Source of the DNA: Candidatus Evtepia excrementipullorum
GTDB lineage: Bacteria > Bacillota > Clostridia > Oscillospirales > Oscillospiraceae
Assembly: GCA_019118615.1 (NCBI GenBank)
Contig: DWYQ01000133.1
Span: 1 to 59,094 of the forward strand
DNA length: 59,094 nt
Direction: 5' to 3'
Part shown: piece after piece, positions 27,816-36,574 of the stretch
How the letters are laid out: every line of letters starts with the position of its first letter
Position numbering within the stretch: position 1 is the first letter of the stretch
The notes under the pieces: generated by a model
What the model was told of the DNA's origin: nothing
Databases searched by the model: none
Seen by the model: only the letters and a program-made list of their open reading frames with translations
Made by a program: the position numbers and the translations under genes

Positions 27816-29006
27816 TCAGTCCAACACCCGGATGACGGCCAGCACCGCTTTGCCTGCCAGCTGCTGCTCCAGCTCTGGCCGGGTCATGGCGGGGGTAAGC
27901 CAGCCGCTCTCCCCCTCGGCTGCGCCGGGGATGGTCAGCCGCTCCCCTTCCAGCGTCCCCTGCGCCAGGCGGACATACCACTGGGTGGCCAAGGTATCCG
28001 GGGAAACCACGGCCTCCGGCCGGTTGGGGCTCCAAGGACGATAGCTGGCCCGCTCCAGCTGCCGGGCAGCGGCAATCACATCGGCCACCACCGCGCTGGC
28101 GGTGGGAAGCTTCCCTGCCCCTCTGCCGTAGAACATCACATCGCCGGTGGCGTCACCTTTCACCAAAATAGCATTGAACACATCCTCCACGCCGGCCAGG
28201 GGATCCTGCTGGCCCACAAAATGGGGTTCCACATAGGCGCAGACCTTCCCGTCCGCCTGGGCAATGGCCCGGCCCAGCAGCTTAATCCGCCGGCCGCAGG
28301 CGGCGGCATAGGCCTCGTCCTCCAAGGTAATCTGGGTGATGCCGGTGGTGGGCACCTGCTCCGGCAGCAGCTGCCAGCCGAAGGCAATGGAGGAGAGGAT
28401 GCACAGCTTCCGACAGGTGTCCTTCCCCTCCACGTCGGCGGAGGGATCCTGCTCAGCATACCCGTTGGCCTGGGCCCCCTTCAGGGCCTGCGCAAAGGGG
28501 ATGCCGTCTTGGACCATCCGGGTGAAGATATAGTTGGCGGTACCGTTGAGGATGCCGCAGATCTCCAGAATGGCGTTGGCCGCCATGCACTCACTGAGGG
28601 GGCGCAGGATGGGGATGCCCCCACCCACGCTGGCCTCAAAGAGGTAGACCGCCTGGTGCTCTGCCGCCAAAGCCAGCAGCCGGCGGCCGTGGGTCGCCAC
28701 CAATTCCTTATTCGATGTCACCACACTTTTGCCCGCCTTCAGGGCCCGTTCTGTGAAGTCCAAGGCGGCCCCCATGCCCCCGATGGTCTCCACCACCACC
28801 TGAACTTCCGGATCATTTTCAATCACGGAAAAGTCCTGGACAAAGCAGCCGGCAAAGGGGCTGTCCGGAAATTGACGGACGTCTAAAATATACTTCAGTG
28901 CCAGCAGATCGTCTGCTTTCTTGTGGATCCCCTCACCCGTGCCGGTGAGGACCTCCGCCACACCGGAGCCCACAACACCGAAACCTAAAATTGCAACATT
29001 TACCAT
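27816..29006 (-). CDS. hom: Homoserine dehydrogenase
   Basis: GFGVVG, EASVGGGIP, GILNGT, GYAE.DP, YGRGAGKLPTASAV. Confidence 0.95.
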   Translation of the reverse strand: MVNVAILGFGVVGSGVAEVLTGTGEGIHKKADDLLALKYILDVRQFPDSPFAGCFVQDFSVIENDPEVQVVVETIGGMGAALDFTERALKAGKSVVTSNKELVATHGRRLLALAAEHQAVYLFEASVGGGIPILRPLSECMAANAILEICGILNGTANYIFTRMVQDGIPFAQALKGAQANGYAEQDPSADVEGKDTCRKLCILSSIAFGWQLLPEQVPTTGITQITLEDEAYAAACGRRIKLLGRAIAQADGKVCAYVEPHFVGQQDPLAGVEDVFNAILVKGDATGDVMFYGRGAGKLPTASAVVADVIAAARQLERASYRPWSPNRPEAVVSPDTLATQWYVRLAQGTLEGERLTIPGAAEGESGWLTPAMTRPELEQQLAGKAVLAVIRVLD

Positions 29007-29049
29007 GGTTTGTTTCCATCCTTTGTTCTGTATTCTATGGCTTGCGCCG

Positions 29050-29490
29050 TTAGCCTGCCAGGATCTCCCCTCGGAGAACCCCCTCTGCCTCGTTGAGCTG
29101 GGCCAACAGTTCCTGCAAAGACCCGCGCAGGCCGGAAGTCTCTGCATTCACCGTCACCACAGCGCAGCCGTTGATGGGCAGGCCCTGGTTGATGGTGAGG
29201 ATATTGGCCCCAGAGTCGGCAAAAAAGTTCAGAACCTGGGAAAGGATCCCCGGTTCATCCTTCATCATGATTTGAAAGGTAACGATCCGGCCATGGAGCA
29301 TATCCTGGAAGGGCCGGACCGCGTCCCGATATTTGTAAAACGCGCTGCGGCTGATCCCCGTGAGCTGGACCGCCTGGTTGACCGTTTCGGCCTCCCCCGT
29401 GTCCAGCATGCGCCGGGCTTCCACCACTTTGCGGAAGATCTCCGGCAGCGCATCGGCTTCTACAATATAATAGTTTGGCGTCTTGGACAT
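29050..29490 (-). CDS. ACT-domain regulator (ThrR/PheB family)
   Basis: LPEIFRKVVEA, GISRSAFYKYRD HTH, ACT domain GANILTINQ; upstream of hom; promoter TTGCCA-17-TAGAAT at 29562-29534. Confidence 0.88.
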   Translation of the reverse strand: MSKTPNYYIVEADALPEIFRKVVEARRMLDTGEAETVNQAVQLTGISRSAFYKYRDAVRPFQDMLHGRIVTFQIMMKDEPGILSQVLNFFADSGANILTINQGLPINGCAVVTVNAETSGLRGSLQELLAQLNEAEGVLRGEILAG

Positions 29491-29627
29491 AGTTCGCCTC
29501 CATTTCGTCGCCGCTTGGGTTGGTGCGAGGGATATTCTATCACATCTGTCCTTCCATGGCAACCCAAAGTACTTGTCTGAACGACAGTTTTTCCTGAGGA
29601 ATGGCCGTCGTTTCGGTCATTTCCTGC

Positions 29628-29659
29628 AAAAAGGGACTCTGCCAAAGCAGAGTCCCTTT
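29628..29659 (-). terminator. Terminator of the PBP1A gene
   Basis: aaagggactctgc/gcagagtcccttt with T tract on minus strand. Confidence 0.8.
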
Positions 29660-29679
29660 CAAAGTGAATGGGAAGGATG

Positions 29680-32115
29680 CTAACTGACGGGGCGAAGGGC
29701 GTAGTTCCGCCTGCGCCGGCCAGTGGTCTCGGTGCCCCCTTCTGCCGGAGGCGTGGTAGGATCGGTCCCAGGATCGGTGGTAGGCGGCGTATCCGTCCCA
29801 GGATCGGTACCGGGATCGGTGGTCCCAGAATCGGTGTTGTCACCAGTCTCGCCTCCGGTAGCACCGGTATCCGGGTCCGTTGTCGGCACCGTTACGCGAT
29901 GATAGGTGCAGGAGCTGGTGGGCACATCGTCGGCATAGAAGGTACCCGTGGCCACATTGCTGCCGCAGGCAGAGGTGGCCAGCATCCCACTGGACAGGCA
30001 GTAGGTGACGGTGCGCAGGTTGGAGGAATCCGGCTGGGTGAAGTCTTTGTAAGCCAGGTTCTGGTGAACGGCCGACATAACCTGCCGCCACAGCCCGGTA
30101 GAAGGATTGCCCAGGCTGCTGGACAACCGCTCCTGCTGGTCATACCCCGTCCACACTGCAGCGGTGTAATAAGGGGTATAGCCTACAAACCACAGGTCCC
30201 GCCGGGAGGTGGTGGTACCGGTTTTGCCGGCGATCTCCTGGCCGCTGAAGTTGGCGGCCTTACCGGTGGCCCCGGAACCTCCCGTCACCACCTGCTGAAG
30301 CATCTCTGTGATGTAGTAGGTGGTGCGCTCGGCCAGGATGGTCTCCTCCTCGCTCTCATTGCGCAGGAGAACTTGACCATTGTTGTCCGTGACCATCGTA
30401 TAGGTCTTCGGCGCGATATAGGTGCCCTGGCGGGCAAAGGTAGAGTAGGCAGCGGCCATGTCGTAGGTGCTGACCCCCTGGGTCAGGCCACCCAGGGGCA
30501 GAGAGGCAAGGTTAATGTCCGTATAGGTGGTGTTGTTCTTGGTGAGGGAGCGGACCAGCTCAATGTGGAACTTATCCTGCATGAAATTAAAGCTGGTTTC
30601 TGCCCCCACCATGTCCAGCACCTTGACAGCCACGGTGTTGGTGGATTCCTTCACCGCCTGGGACACGGTCATGTCCCCCTTATAGACGCCGATGGCGTTG
30701 ACCGGCCAGTCTCTGCCATCCACTTGGCTGTGGGGGCTGTCTTCCACCACAGTCAGGGGGGTCACCAGGTTCAGCTCAATGGCCGGTGCATACACGGACA
30801 AGGGCTTAATGGAGGACCCTGGGGGCCGCAAACTGCCTGTGGCTCGGTTCAAACCGCGGCTGACGGTTTTCTCGCCCATCCCGCCGGCCATGGCCACCAC
30901 TTCGCCGGTCGAATTGTCCACAATGGTAATGGCCGACTGGAGCTGCTGTCCGCTGCTGGAGGTGTAGTTCAGGTTGCTTTGGTCTTGATAGACCGAATCC
31001 ACCGCCGCTTGCACATCGGGGTTCATACAGGTATAGATCTCCAGGCCGCCAGAGAACACCATGTCTTGGGCATACGTCTCCGACCAACCGTAGGTTGCCA
31101 CCAAATCATCGATGACGTCGTTGATGACTTGATCCTCATACCAGGAATAAACCGTGGATGTGGTCTGTGTGCTCTCACTTTCGCCATCGTCCCCGGAGGT
31201 GTTGAACACCAGCTCCTCTGCCACGGCCTGGTCGTACTCCTCCTGGGAGATCATCCCCTGCTCCAGCATGGCTTGGAGGATCAACTCCTGGCGCTCCTTG
31301 TTGTACTGCGCCGTGGTCTTGGTCTCGCCGGTTTCGGCGTCCGTGATCTCCCGCTTGCTCAGGGGATCGTACTTAGAGGGGCTGTTGGTAATGGCGATCA
31401 AGCTGGCACACTCTGCCAGGGAGAGTTCCGACACATGCTTTCCAAAGTAGGTGTACGCTGCGGTGTATACCCCGTTGCAGCCCTGGCCCAGGAAAATATA
31501 ATTGAGGTAAGCCTCCAAGATTTCCTCTTTGGAGTAGTTTTTCTCAAACTCCAGGGCCCGGAAAATCTCCATGACCTTTCGCTTGACGGTTACCTCATCG
31601 TCGTCGGTCATATTTTTAATGAGCTGCTGGGTGATGGTGGAGCCCCCCTGAATGTCACCGCCGGTGAACATCAGCAGGATAGCTTTTGCGGTACGAACCC
31701 AGTCCACTCCGTTGTGGTCATAGAATCGCTTGTCCTCGATGGCTACGGCGGCGTTTTGCAGGTTCTTCGGGATCTCAGAGAGATCGACCCAAACGCGGTT
31801 TTCACTGCCATATAGGGTTTGCATCACTTCATAGTTTCCCGTATCGGGATCTTTATAGTACATCGTACTGGTCAGGTTGGGGTTGAAATCCGCCATCTCC
31901 AAACTTGCCTCAGGAATGATTACATTTTTAATGTAGATGGCTGCCATGCACAGGAGCATGACCATGGTGATGACAAGGATCAGCACAACGGTCATCACGG
32001 CCTTGAAGCCCCGACCGTGGTTTTTCCGTTTTCGCTTGGAACTGGCGCCCCGCCGGTCCCGGGCATCCCGCGGGTCGCGCCGGTCAGCGGAAGCGTATGT
32101 GTCTCTACGGTCCAA
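29680..32115 (-). CDS. Class A penicillin-binding protein (PBP1A family transglycosylase/transpeptidase)
   Basis: EDKRFYDHNG, GGSTITQQL, RKVME; SSIK (SxxK), STN, KTGT; TTG start after GGAGGTG. Confidence 0.95.
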   Translation of the reverse strand: MDRRDTYASADRRDPRDARDRRGASSKRKRKNHGRGFKAVMTVVLILVITMVMLLCMAAIYIKNVIIPEASLEMADFNPNLTSTMYYKDPDTGNYEVMQTLYGSENRVWVDLSEIPKNLQNAAVAIEDKRFYDHNGVDWVRTAKAILLMFTGGDIQGGSTITQQLIKNMTDDDEVTVKRKVMEIFRALEFEKNYSKEEILEAYLNYIFLGQGCNGVYTAAYTYFGKHVSELSLAECASLIAITNSPSKYDPLSKREITDAETGETKTTAQYNKERQELILQAMLEQGMISQEEYDQAVAEELVFNTSGDDGESESTQTTSTVYSWYEDQVINDVIDDLVATYGWSETYAQDMVFSGGLEIYTCMNPDVQAAVDSVYQDQSNLNYTSSSGQQLQSAITIVDNSTGEVVAMAGGMGEKTVSRGLNRATGSLRPPGSSIKPLSVYAPAIELNLVTPLTVVEDSPHSQVDGRDWPVNAIGVYKGDMTVSQAVKESTNTVAVKVLDMVGAETSFNFMQDKFHIELVRSLTKNNTTYTDINLASLPLGGLTQGVSTYDMAAAYSTFARQGTYIAPKTYTMVTDNNGQVLLRNESEEETILAERTTYYITEMLQQVVTGGSGATGKAANFSGQEIAGKTGTTTSRRDLWFVGYTPYYTAAVWTGYDQQERLSSSLGNPSTGLWRQVMSAVHQNLAYKDFTQPDSSNLRTVTYCLSSGMLATSACGSNVATGTFYADDVPTSSCTYHRVTVPTTDPDTGATGGETGDNTDSGTTDPGTDPGTDTPPTTDPGTDPTTPPAEGGTETTGRRRRNYALRPVS
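29757..29830 (-). repeat. Imperfect TDPG coding repeats in the PBP1A low-complexity tail
   Basis: ACCGATCC(C/T)GG(T/G) units encoding TDPGTDPGTDTPPTTDPGTDP. Confidence 0.7.
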
Positions 32116-32389
32116 ATTGACACCTCCAAAAGTTCTGTATCGTGGAATCCGACGCGCTCCTGCCTAGAAGCGGCCGGCCGTTTCTGTTTGGGTGCTTTTC
32201 TTCTTTGGCCTGCGCCAGAAAGGGAAAACCGCGTTTATTCTATGTATTATACCACAGGATTCCAATTTGTCTATCCGTGGAAAAGGAGGTTTTTCAGGAA
32301 ACTTTACCGAAACTTTTCGTCTCATTGGTCTTGCTTTTTTCATTTTGACAGGGTACAATACAGACAGAACAGCAAAGGAGACCATCTCT

Positions 32390-32686
32390 ATGCAAGAAGA
32401 ATACGGCGGGAATTTTATCACCGTCACCGACGAAGACGGCAACGAATTCGAACTGGAACATCTGGACACCATTGAGTGGAACGGCCAAACCTATCTGGCG
32501 TTCTTTCCTGCTGAACAGGAAGGGGAGGAAACCCCCGAAGAGGAACTGGGCTTGGTCATTCTAAAAGCCATCCAGGAAAACGGCGAGGAAATCCTCTCTA
32601 CCCTGGACAGCGACGAGGAAATGGATGCCGTCTATGAGGAATTCATGAAGGAACTCTTCGCCGAAGAGGATGAGGAGGACTCCTAA
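32390..32686 (+). CDS. DUF1292 family acidic protein
   Basis: FITVTDEDGNEFELEHLDTIE..YLAF; AAGGAG RBS; promoter TTGCTT-17-TACAAT at 32331-32359. Confidence 0.9.
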   Translation: MQEEYGGNFITVTDEDGNEFELEHLDTIEWNGQTYLAFFPAEQEGEETPEEELGLVILKAIQENGEEILSTLDSDEEMDAVYEEFMKELFAEEDEEDS

Positions 32687-32731
32687 TCCCCTCTCTTCCC
32701 ACCTCACCGCTCCCCATACATGACACAATCA

Positions 32732-32922
32732 GGCGCCCTGCTCGGTGCGTGGAATCTGGACCCTTTTAAACCCACATTTCTTAAACGGGATGCTCACTCG
32801 CCCTGTGGACTGCAGGCCTCCCGGCTTCAGCTGGAAGTTGGAAGCAACGAAACTTGGCGGAGGCAACCCACCTGCCATCTCGTGCAGGTTTTAATTGGGT
32901 CCCCACGGCCAGAGCGGGGCTT
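32732..32922 (+). ncRNA. ssrS: 6S RNA
   Basis: About 190-nt rod: 5' gccctgctc..gcgtgg..ggaccc pairs with 3' gggtcc..ccacg..gagcggggc; Firmicute 6S-like GGCAACCCACCTGC..GCAGGTT motif beside a central bubble. Confidence 0.85.
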
Positions 32923-32959
32923 TCTGTTTTTACTTTTTCTTCCTCTTTTTCCTGCTCCG

Positions 32960-32985
32960 CCCCCTTGAAAAAGGGGGCCTTTTTG
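32960..32985 (+). terminator. Terminator after 6S RNA
   Basis: gccccctt/aagggggc stem followed by T tract. Confidence 0.7.
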
Positions 32986-33244
32986 TAATTCTTCCCGGTT
33001 TCCCTGAATTCTTTTCAGCAAAACAACGGGGATCGTTTGTTTTTTCCAATTTGATTTCCGCAGCCTTTTGTCTATGTGTACAACATGCCCAATTTTCTCT
33101 TCTAATTCTTGTTGCATATTTTCGTCTGGTTACAACTTGCCAGTTCCCTTTATCAATGGTATACTAAAGCCATAGATGGTTTGCCCATACTTTGTGGGCA
33201 AACCGTATAAAACCATTGAGTATTTGGAAAGGATGCGATTCCCT

Positions 33245-34405
33245 ATGATCAAAGATTTTGGTTTTATCATCCCTCAGAACTGCCAGTTCGGCATGGGCGC
33301 TCTGAAGAAGCTGCCTGACTTCCTGAAGGCCGCTGGCTCTGACAATGTCATGCTGATCTCTGACCGTGGCCTGGAAGCCATCGGCGTTGTGGACAAGGTT
33401 CGCGAGATCATCAAGGCTGCTGACCTGAAGTACAGCGAGTATCTGGACGTGCTGCCCAACCCCACCACCACCATCGTGGACGAGTGCGCTGCCCAGTACA
33501 AGGCCAACGGCTGCACCGCTCTGATCGCTCTGGGCGGCGGCTCCCCCATGGACGTGGCCAAGGCTGTCGGCGTTGTCGCTAAGTTCGGCGGCACCATCGG
33601 CGACTATGAAGGCGTGGGCAAGGTTCCCGGCCCCATCGACACCCTGATCGCCGTGCCCACCACCGCTGGTACCGGCTCCGAGGTTACCGTGGCTGCCGTT
33701 ATCACCGACGAAGCTCGTAACTACAAGCTGTCCGTCCTGGGCCCCGAAATCTCCCCCACCTATGCCGTTCTGGATCCCGAGCTGATCATGACCGCTCCCG
33801 CCTCCGTGGCTGCTGCCTGCGGCGTTGACGCTCTGATCCACGCTATGGAGTCCTACATCAACACCGATGCCAACCCCTTCGCCATGGCTATGGGCGAGAA
33901 GGCTATGGAGCTCATCGGCGGCAACATCCGTAAGTTCGTGGCTCGCCGCAACGATGCCGATGCCGCTTGCGCTATGATGCTGGGTTCCACCTTCGCCGGC
34001 ATTGCTTTCGCCAACAACCGTCTGGGCGACATCCACGCTATGTCTCACCCCGTGTCCGCCTTCTTCCACGTGGCTCACGGTGTGGCCAACGCTGTGCTGA
34101 TGCCCACCATCTTCGAGTTCAACGCTCTGGCTGCTGACGAGCGCTATGCCAACATCTATCAGTACATCACCGGCAAGGAAGCCGGCCCCGACTTCGTGCC
34201 CGAGATGCTGGTTGAGGCTCTGCGCCAGCTGAACAAGGATCTGGGCATCCCCGCTTGCCTGGCCGACGTGGGCGTCACCGAGGACAAGATTCCTCAGATG
34301 GCCATCGACGCTATGAAGAGCGGCAACGTCACCGTCAACCCCAGACTGACCACCGTGAAGGACGTAGAGGCCCTGTATCACAAGGCTATGTACGCCGACA
34401 AGTAA
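33245..34405 (+). CDS. Iron-containing alcohol dehydrogenase
   Basis: GGGSPMD, PTTAGTGSE, DALIHAME, HAMSH, HGVANA; promoter TTGCCA-17-TATACT at 33137-33165. Confidence 0.95.
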   Translation: MIKDFGFIIPQNCQFGMGALKKLPDFLKAAGSDNVMLISDRGLEAIGVVDKVREIIKAADLKYSEYLDVLPNPTTTIVDECAAQYKANGCTALIALGGGSPMDVAKAVGVVAKFGGTIGDYEGVGKVPGPIDTLIAVPTTAGTGSEVTVAAVITDEARNYKLSVLGPEISPTYAVLDPELIMTAPASVAAACGVDALIHAMESYINTDANPFAMAMGEKAMELIGGNIRKFVARRNDADAACAMMLGSTFAGIAFANNRLGDIHAMSHPVSAFFHVAHGVANAVLMPTIFEFNALAADERYANIYQYITGKEAGPDFVPEMLVEALRQLNKDLGIPACLADVGVTEDKIPQMAIDAMKSGNVTVNPRLTTVKDVEALYHKAMYADK

Positions 34406-34436
34406 TCCTTCTGAGGGATTGGGATACGCAAACCAT

Positions 34437-34469
34437 AAAAGAGACCGGCTTCGGCCGGTCTCTTTTTTT
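34437..34469 (+). terminator. Intrinsic terminator
   Basis: gagaccggc-TTCG-gccggtctc followed by T7. Confidence 0.9.
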
Positions 34470-34601
34470 CCGCGCACATCCCGCCTTGGTGCGGCTTTTT
34501 GCTGCCGCTGGGTTTGCAGGCAGGGGAAAAGATGGTATACTATATATAAACGTCGATCCATTGGGGGAGGGGGTTCCCTTCCCTGCCTGAGGAGGTATTC
34601 C

Positions 34602-35894
34602 ATGAAGCAAACCACCCAACAATCGTTGACCAATCTCCTTCGGGCCAACAGCATGACCCCAGATACCTTAGACGGGCCCACTTTGACCCAACTCTTTCTC
34701 TCCCAAATGCGTATCTCCCTTTACGGGGGGGAGAGTTCCATCCCCATGCTTCCCACCTTTTCTAAGCCCTTCGGTGCCCTGGCCGACGGTGTGCCCGTTG
34801 CGGTGGCCGAGGTGGATGACCAGGAAGTCCGGGTAAGCCTGGTGACCTTCCGCGGCGGCCAGGCTCAGTGCACCAGCCAGGACAGCTTCCCTGTCCCCGG
34901 CCGGGACTATCCCGCCCCCCTGGCCGACCTGATCTACGCCGTGGCGGAGCTGATCCAGCCCCTGCTGGACCAGGCCCATGCCTTGGCCCTGTGCCTGCCC
35001 TTCCCCGTGGACTTTGACGGGAAGGGAGACGGCATCATCCGCCGCTTCCCCGGCACCATGACGGTGACGGACTTCTCCCAGCAGCCCGTGCTGGCCGCTT
35101 TGCAGGCTGAGCTACAGGACCGGGGATGTCCCCCCCTTCCCATGACGTTGGTGAGCGAGCCCGACGCCGTCCTGCTGGCCGCTGGGGTCCAGCAGCCGGG
35201 GTGCAGCCGGTACGTGGGCCTTACCTGGGGCAGCAGCGTCGATGTTGGCTTCGCCGCCCCGGGCAGCATCGTCCTGCGGTGGCGCGGCATCCCGGGAGAC
35301 CTGATGCTGTTTGACAGCGGACTTTCCCAGGCCCAGTGCGTCCCCTTCGGCCAGGTGGATTTCTCCAAGGACCGGGACAGCTATGCCCCTGGCAAAGATC
35401 TCTATTGGAAGATGGTCTCCACCGACTACCTGGGGGAGGTCTACCGGCTGGTGATGATCAAGGCCGCAGAGGCCAAACTCCTCTCCTTCGGGTGCAGCCG
35501 GGATGTGCTCTCCCTGCGGTGGCTGGGCTTGGATACCCTGGCCGAGTTCCTCACCGACCCAGAAAAAGGAGGCACCCTAGCCCACTTCTGCCGGGAGCCA
35601 GAGGACCGTGAAGTCGGCCTGGCCGTGGGGCAGGCCGTCCTGGACCGGGCCGCCAAACTTCTGTGCGTGGGCCTGGCCTCGGTCCTCCAGTTCGTAGGGG
35701 CCGGACGGGATCCCAAGGCGCCGGCCTGCGTAGGCCTGCACGGCGCCGCCTTTTCCTTCCCCCCGGTGAAGGCCGCATGGGAACACCAGGTACAGACCTA
35801 CCTGCGGGACACCCTGGGCCTTTCCGTCACGCTATGCTATGGCGAGAATATGCTCCCCACCGGTGCCGCCGCCGAGGCCCTCTATTCTCGCTGA
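34602..35894 (+). CDS. Hexokinase-fold protein with degenerate active site
   Basis: SSIPMLPTF, PVPG, KMVS..YLGEVYRL, RAAKL and C-terminal GAAA follow the hexokinase scaffold, but catalytic motifs are substituted; GAGGAGG RBS and TG-extended TATACT at 34533-34541. Confidence 0.8.
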   Translation: MKQTTQQSLTNLLRANSMTPDTLDGPTLTQLFLSQMRISLYGGESSIPMLPTFSKPFGALADGVPVAVAEVDDQEVRVSLVTFRGGQAQCTSQDSFPVPGRDYPAPLADLIYAVAELIQPLLDQAHALALCLPFPVDFDGKGDGIIRRFPGTMTVTDFSQQPVLAALQAELQDRGCPPLPMTLVSEPDAVLLAAGVQQPGCSRYVGLTWGSSVDVGFAAPGSIVLRWRGIPGDLMLFDSGLSQAQCVPFGQVDFSKDRDSYAPGKDLYWKMVSTDYLGEVYRLVMIKAAEAKLLSFGCSRDVLSLRWLGLDTLAEFLTDPEKGGTLAHFCREPEDREVGLAVGQAVLDRAAKLLCVGLASVLQFVGAGRDPKAPACVGLHGAAFSFPPVKAAWEHQVQTYLRDTLGLSVTLCYGENMLPTGAAAEALYSR

Positions 35895-35933
35895 CCCCTT
35901 TGCAAACGAAAGAAACTACAAAGGAGAACCACT

Positions 35934-36560
35934 ATGAAAATCATTGGTATCAACGGCAGCCCCCGGGCCAAGGGCAACACCCGCCTGGCACTGGACACCA
36001 TGGGAGAGGTCTTTGCCCAGGAAGGGGTGGAATTTGACATCCTCCACATTGGACACAAGCTCTCCCCCTGCTCCGGCTGCTTCCGCTGCGCCAAAACCCA
36101 CACCTGCACCCTCCCGGACGACGGCCTGAACGCCATGTATGAACAGCTCATCCAGGCAGACGGAATCGTCCTGGCCTCCCCGGTGTATTTCGCCTCGGTG
36201 ACCAGCGGGATGCGCTGCTTCCTGGACCGCATCGGCTGCATCGACATGAACAACGGCCGGAAGCTGCGGATGAAGGTGGGCGTCCCGGTGGCCGTGGCCC
36301 GCCGGGCAGGGGTCGTAAACGCCGTGGACGAGCTTTTCCACTACCTCAACTACGCCCAGATGCTCATCCCCGGTTCCCTCTACTGGCCCTTGGCCTTTGG
36401 GCAGGCCCCTGGGGAAGTGGCCCAGGATGCGGAGGGCATCCAGACTCTCCAAGTGTTAGCCCAGGAAATGGTCTATGTGATGAAGGTTCTGGACGCCGGC
36501 AAAGCGCAGGTCCCCCTGCCTCCCCTGCCCAGAAAAGTCTACACCAACTTTGTGCGATAA
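35934..36560 (+). CDS. Flavodoxin-fold iron-sulfur flavoprotein / NADPH-dependent FMN reductase family
   Basis: GSPRAKGNT, CxxCxxCx5C, ADGIVLASPVY, ARRAG. Confidence 0.92.
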   Translation: MKIIGINGSPRAKGNTRLALDTMGEVFAQEGVEFDILHIGHKLSPCSGCFRCAKTHTCTLPDDGLNAMYEQLIQADGIVLASPVYFASVTSGMRCFLDRIGCIDMNNGRKLRMKVGVPVAVARRAGVVNAVDELFHYLNYAQMLIPGSLYWPLAFGQAPGEVAQDAEGIQTLQVLAQEMVYVMKVLDAGKAQVPLPPLPRKVYTNFVR

Positions 36561-36574
36561 GGGAGGGTGCCACC

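Noticed and set aside
29571-29590. TGTC-N5-GACA dyad upstream of the ACT regulator-hom-ask promoter as a ThrR operator
   Set aside because: Only a 4-bp dyad with no clear second copy; cannot be distinguished from chance.
29757-29830. Short repeats resembling a CRISPR or VNTR array
   Set aside because: In-frame TDPG repeats in the PBP1A tail; no constant repeat-spacer structure and no cas genes.
26271-31815. Long plus-strand ORFs of 871 aa and 715 aa, and similar antisense ORFs over glnS, opu, the radical SAM gene and ackA
   Set aside because: Same antisense-shadow effect opposite well-supported genes.
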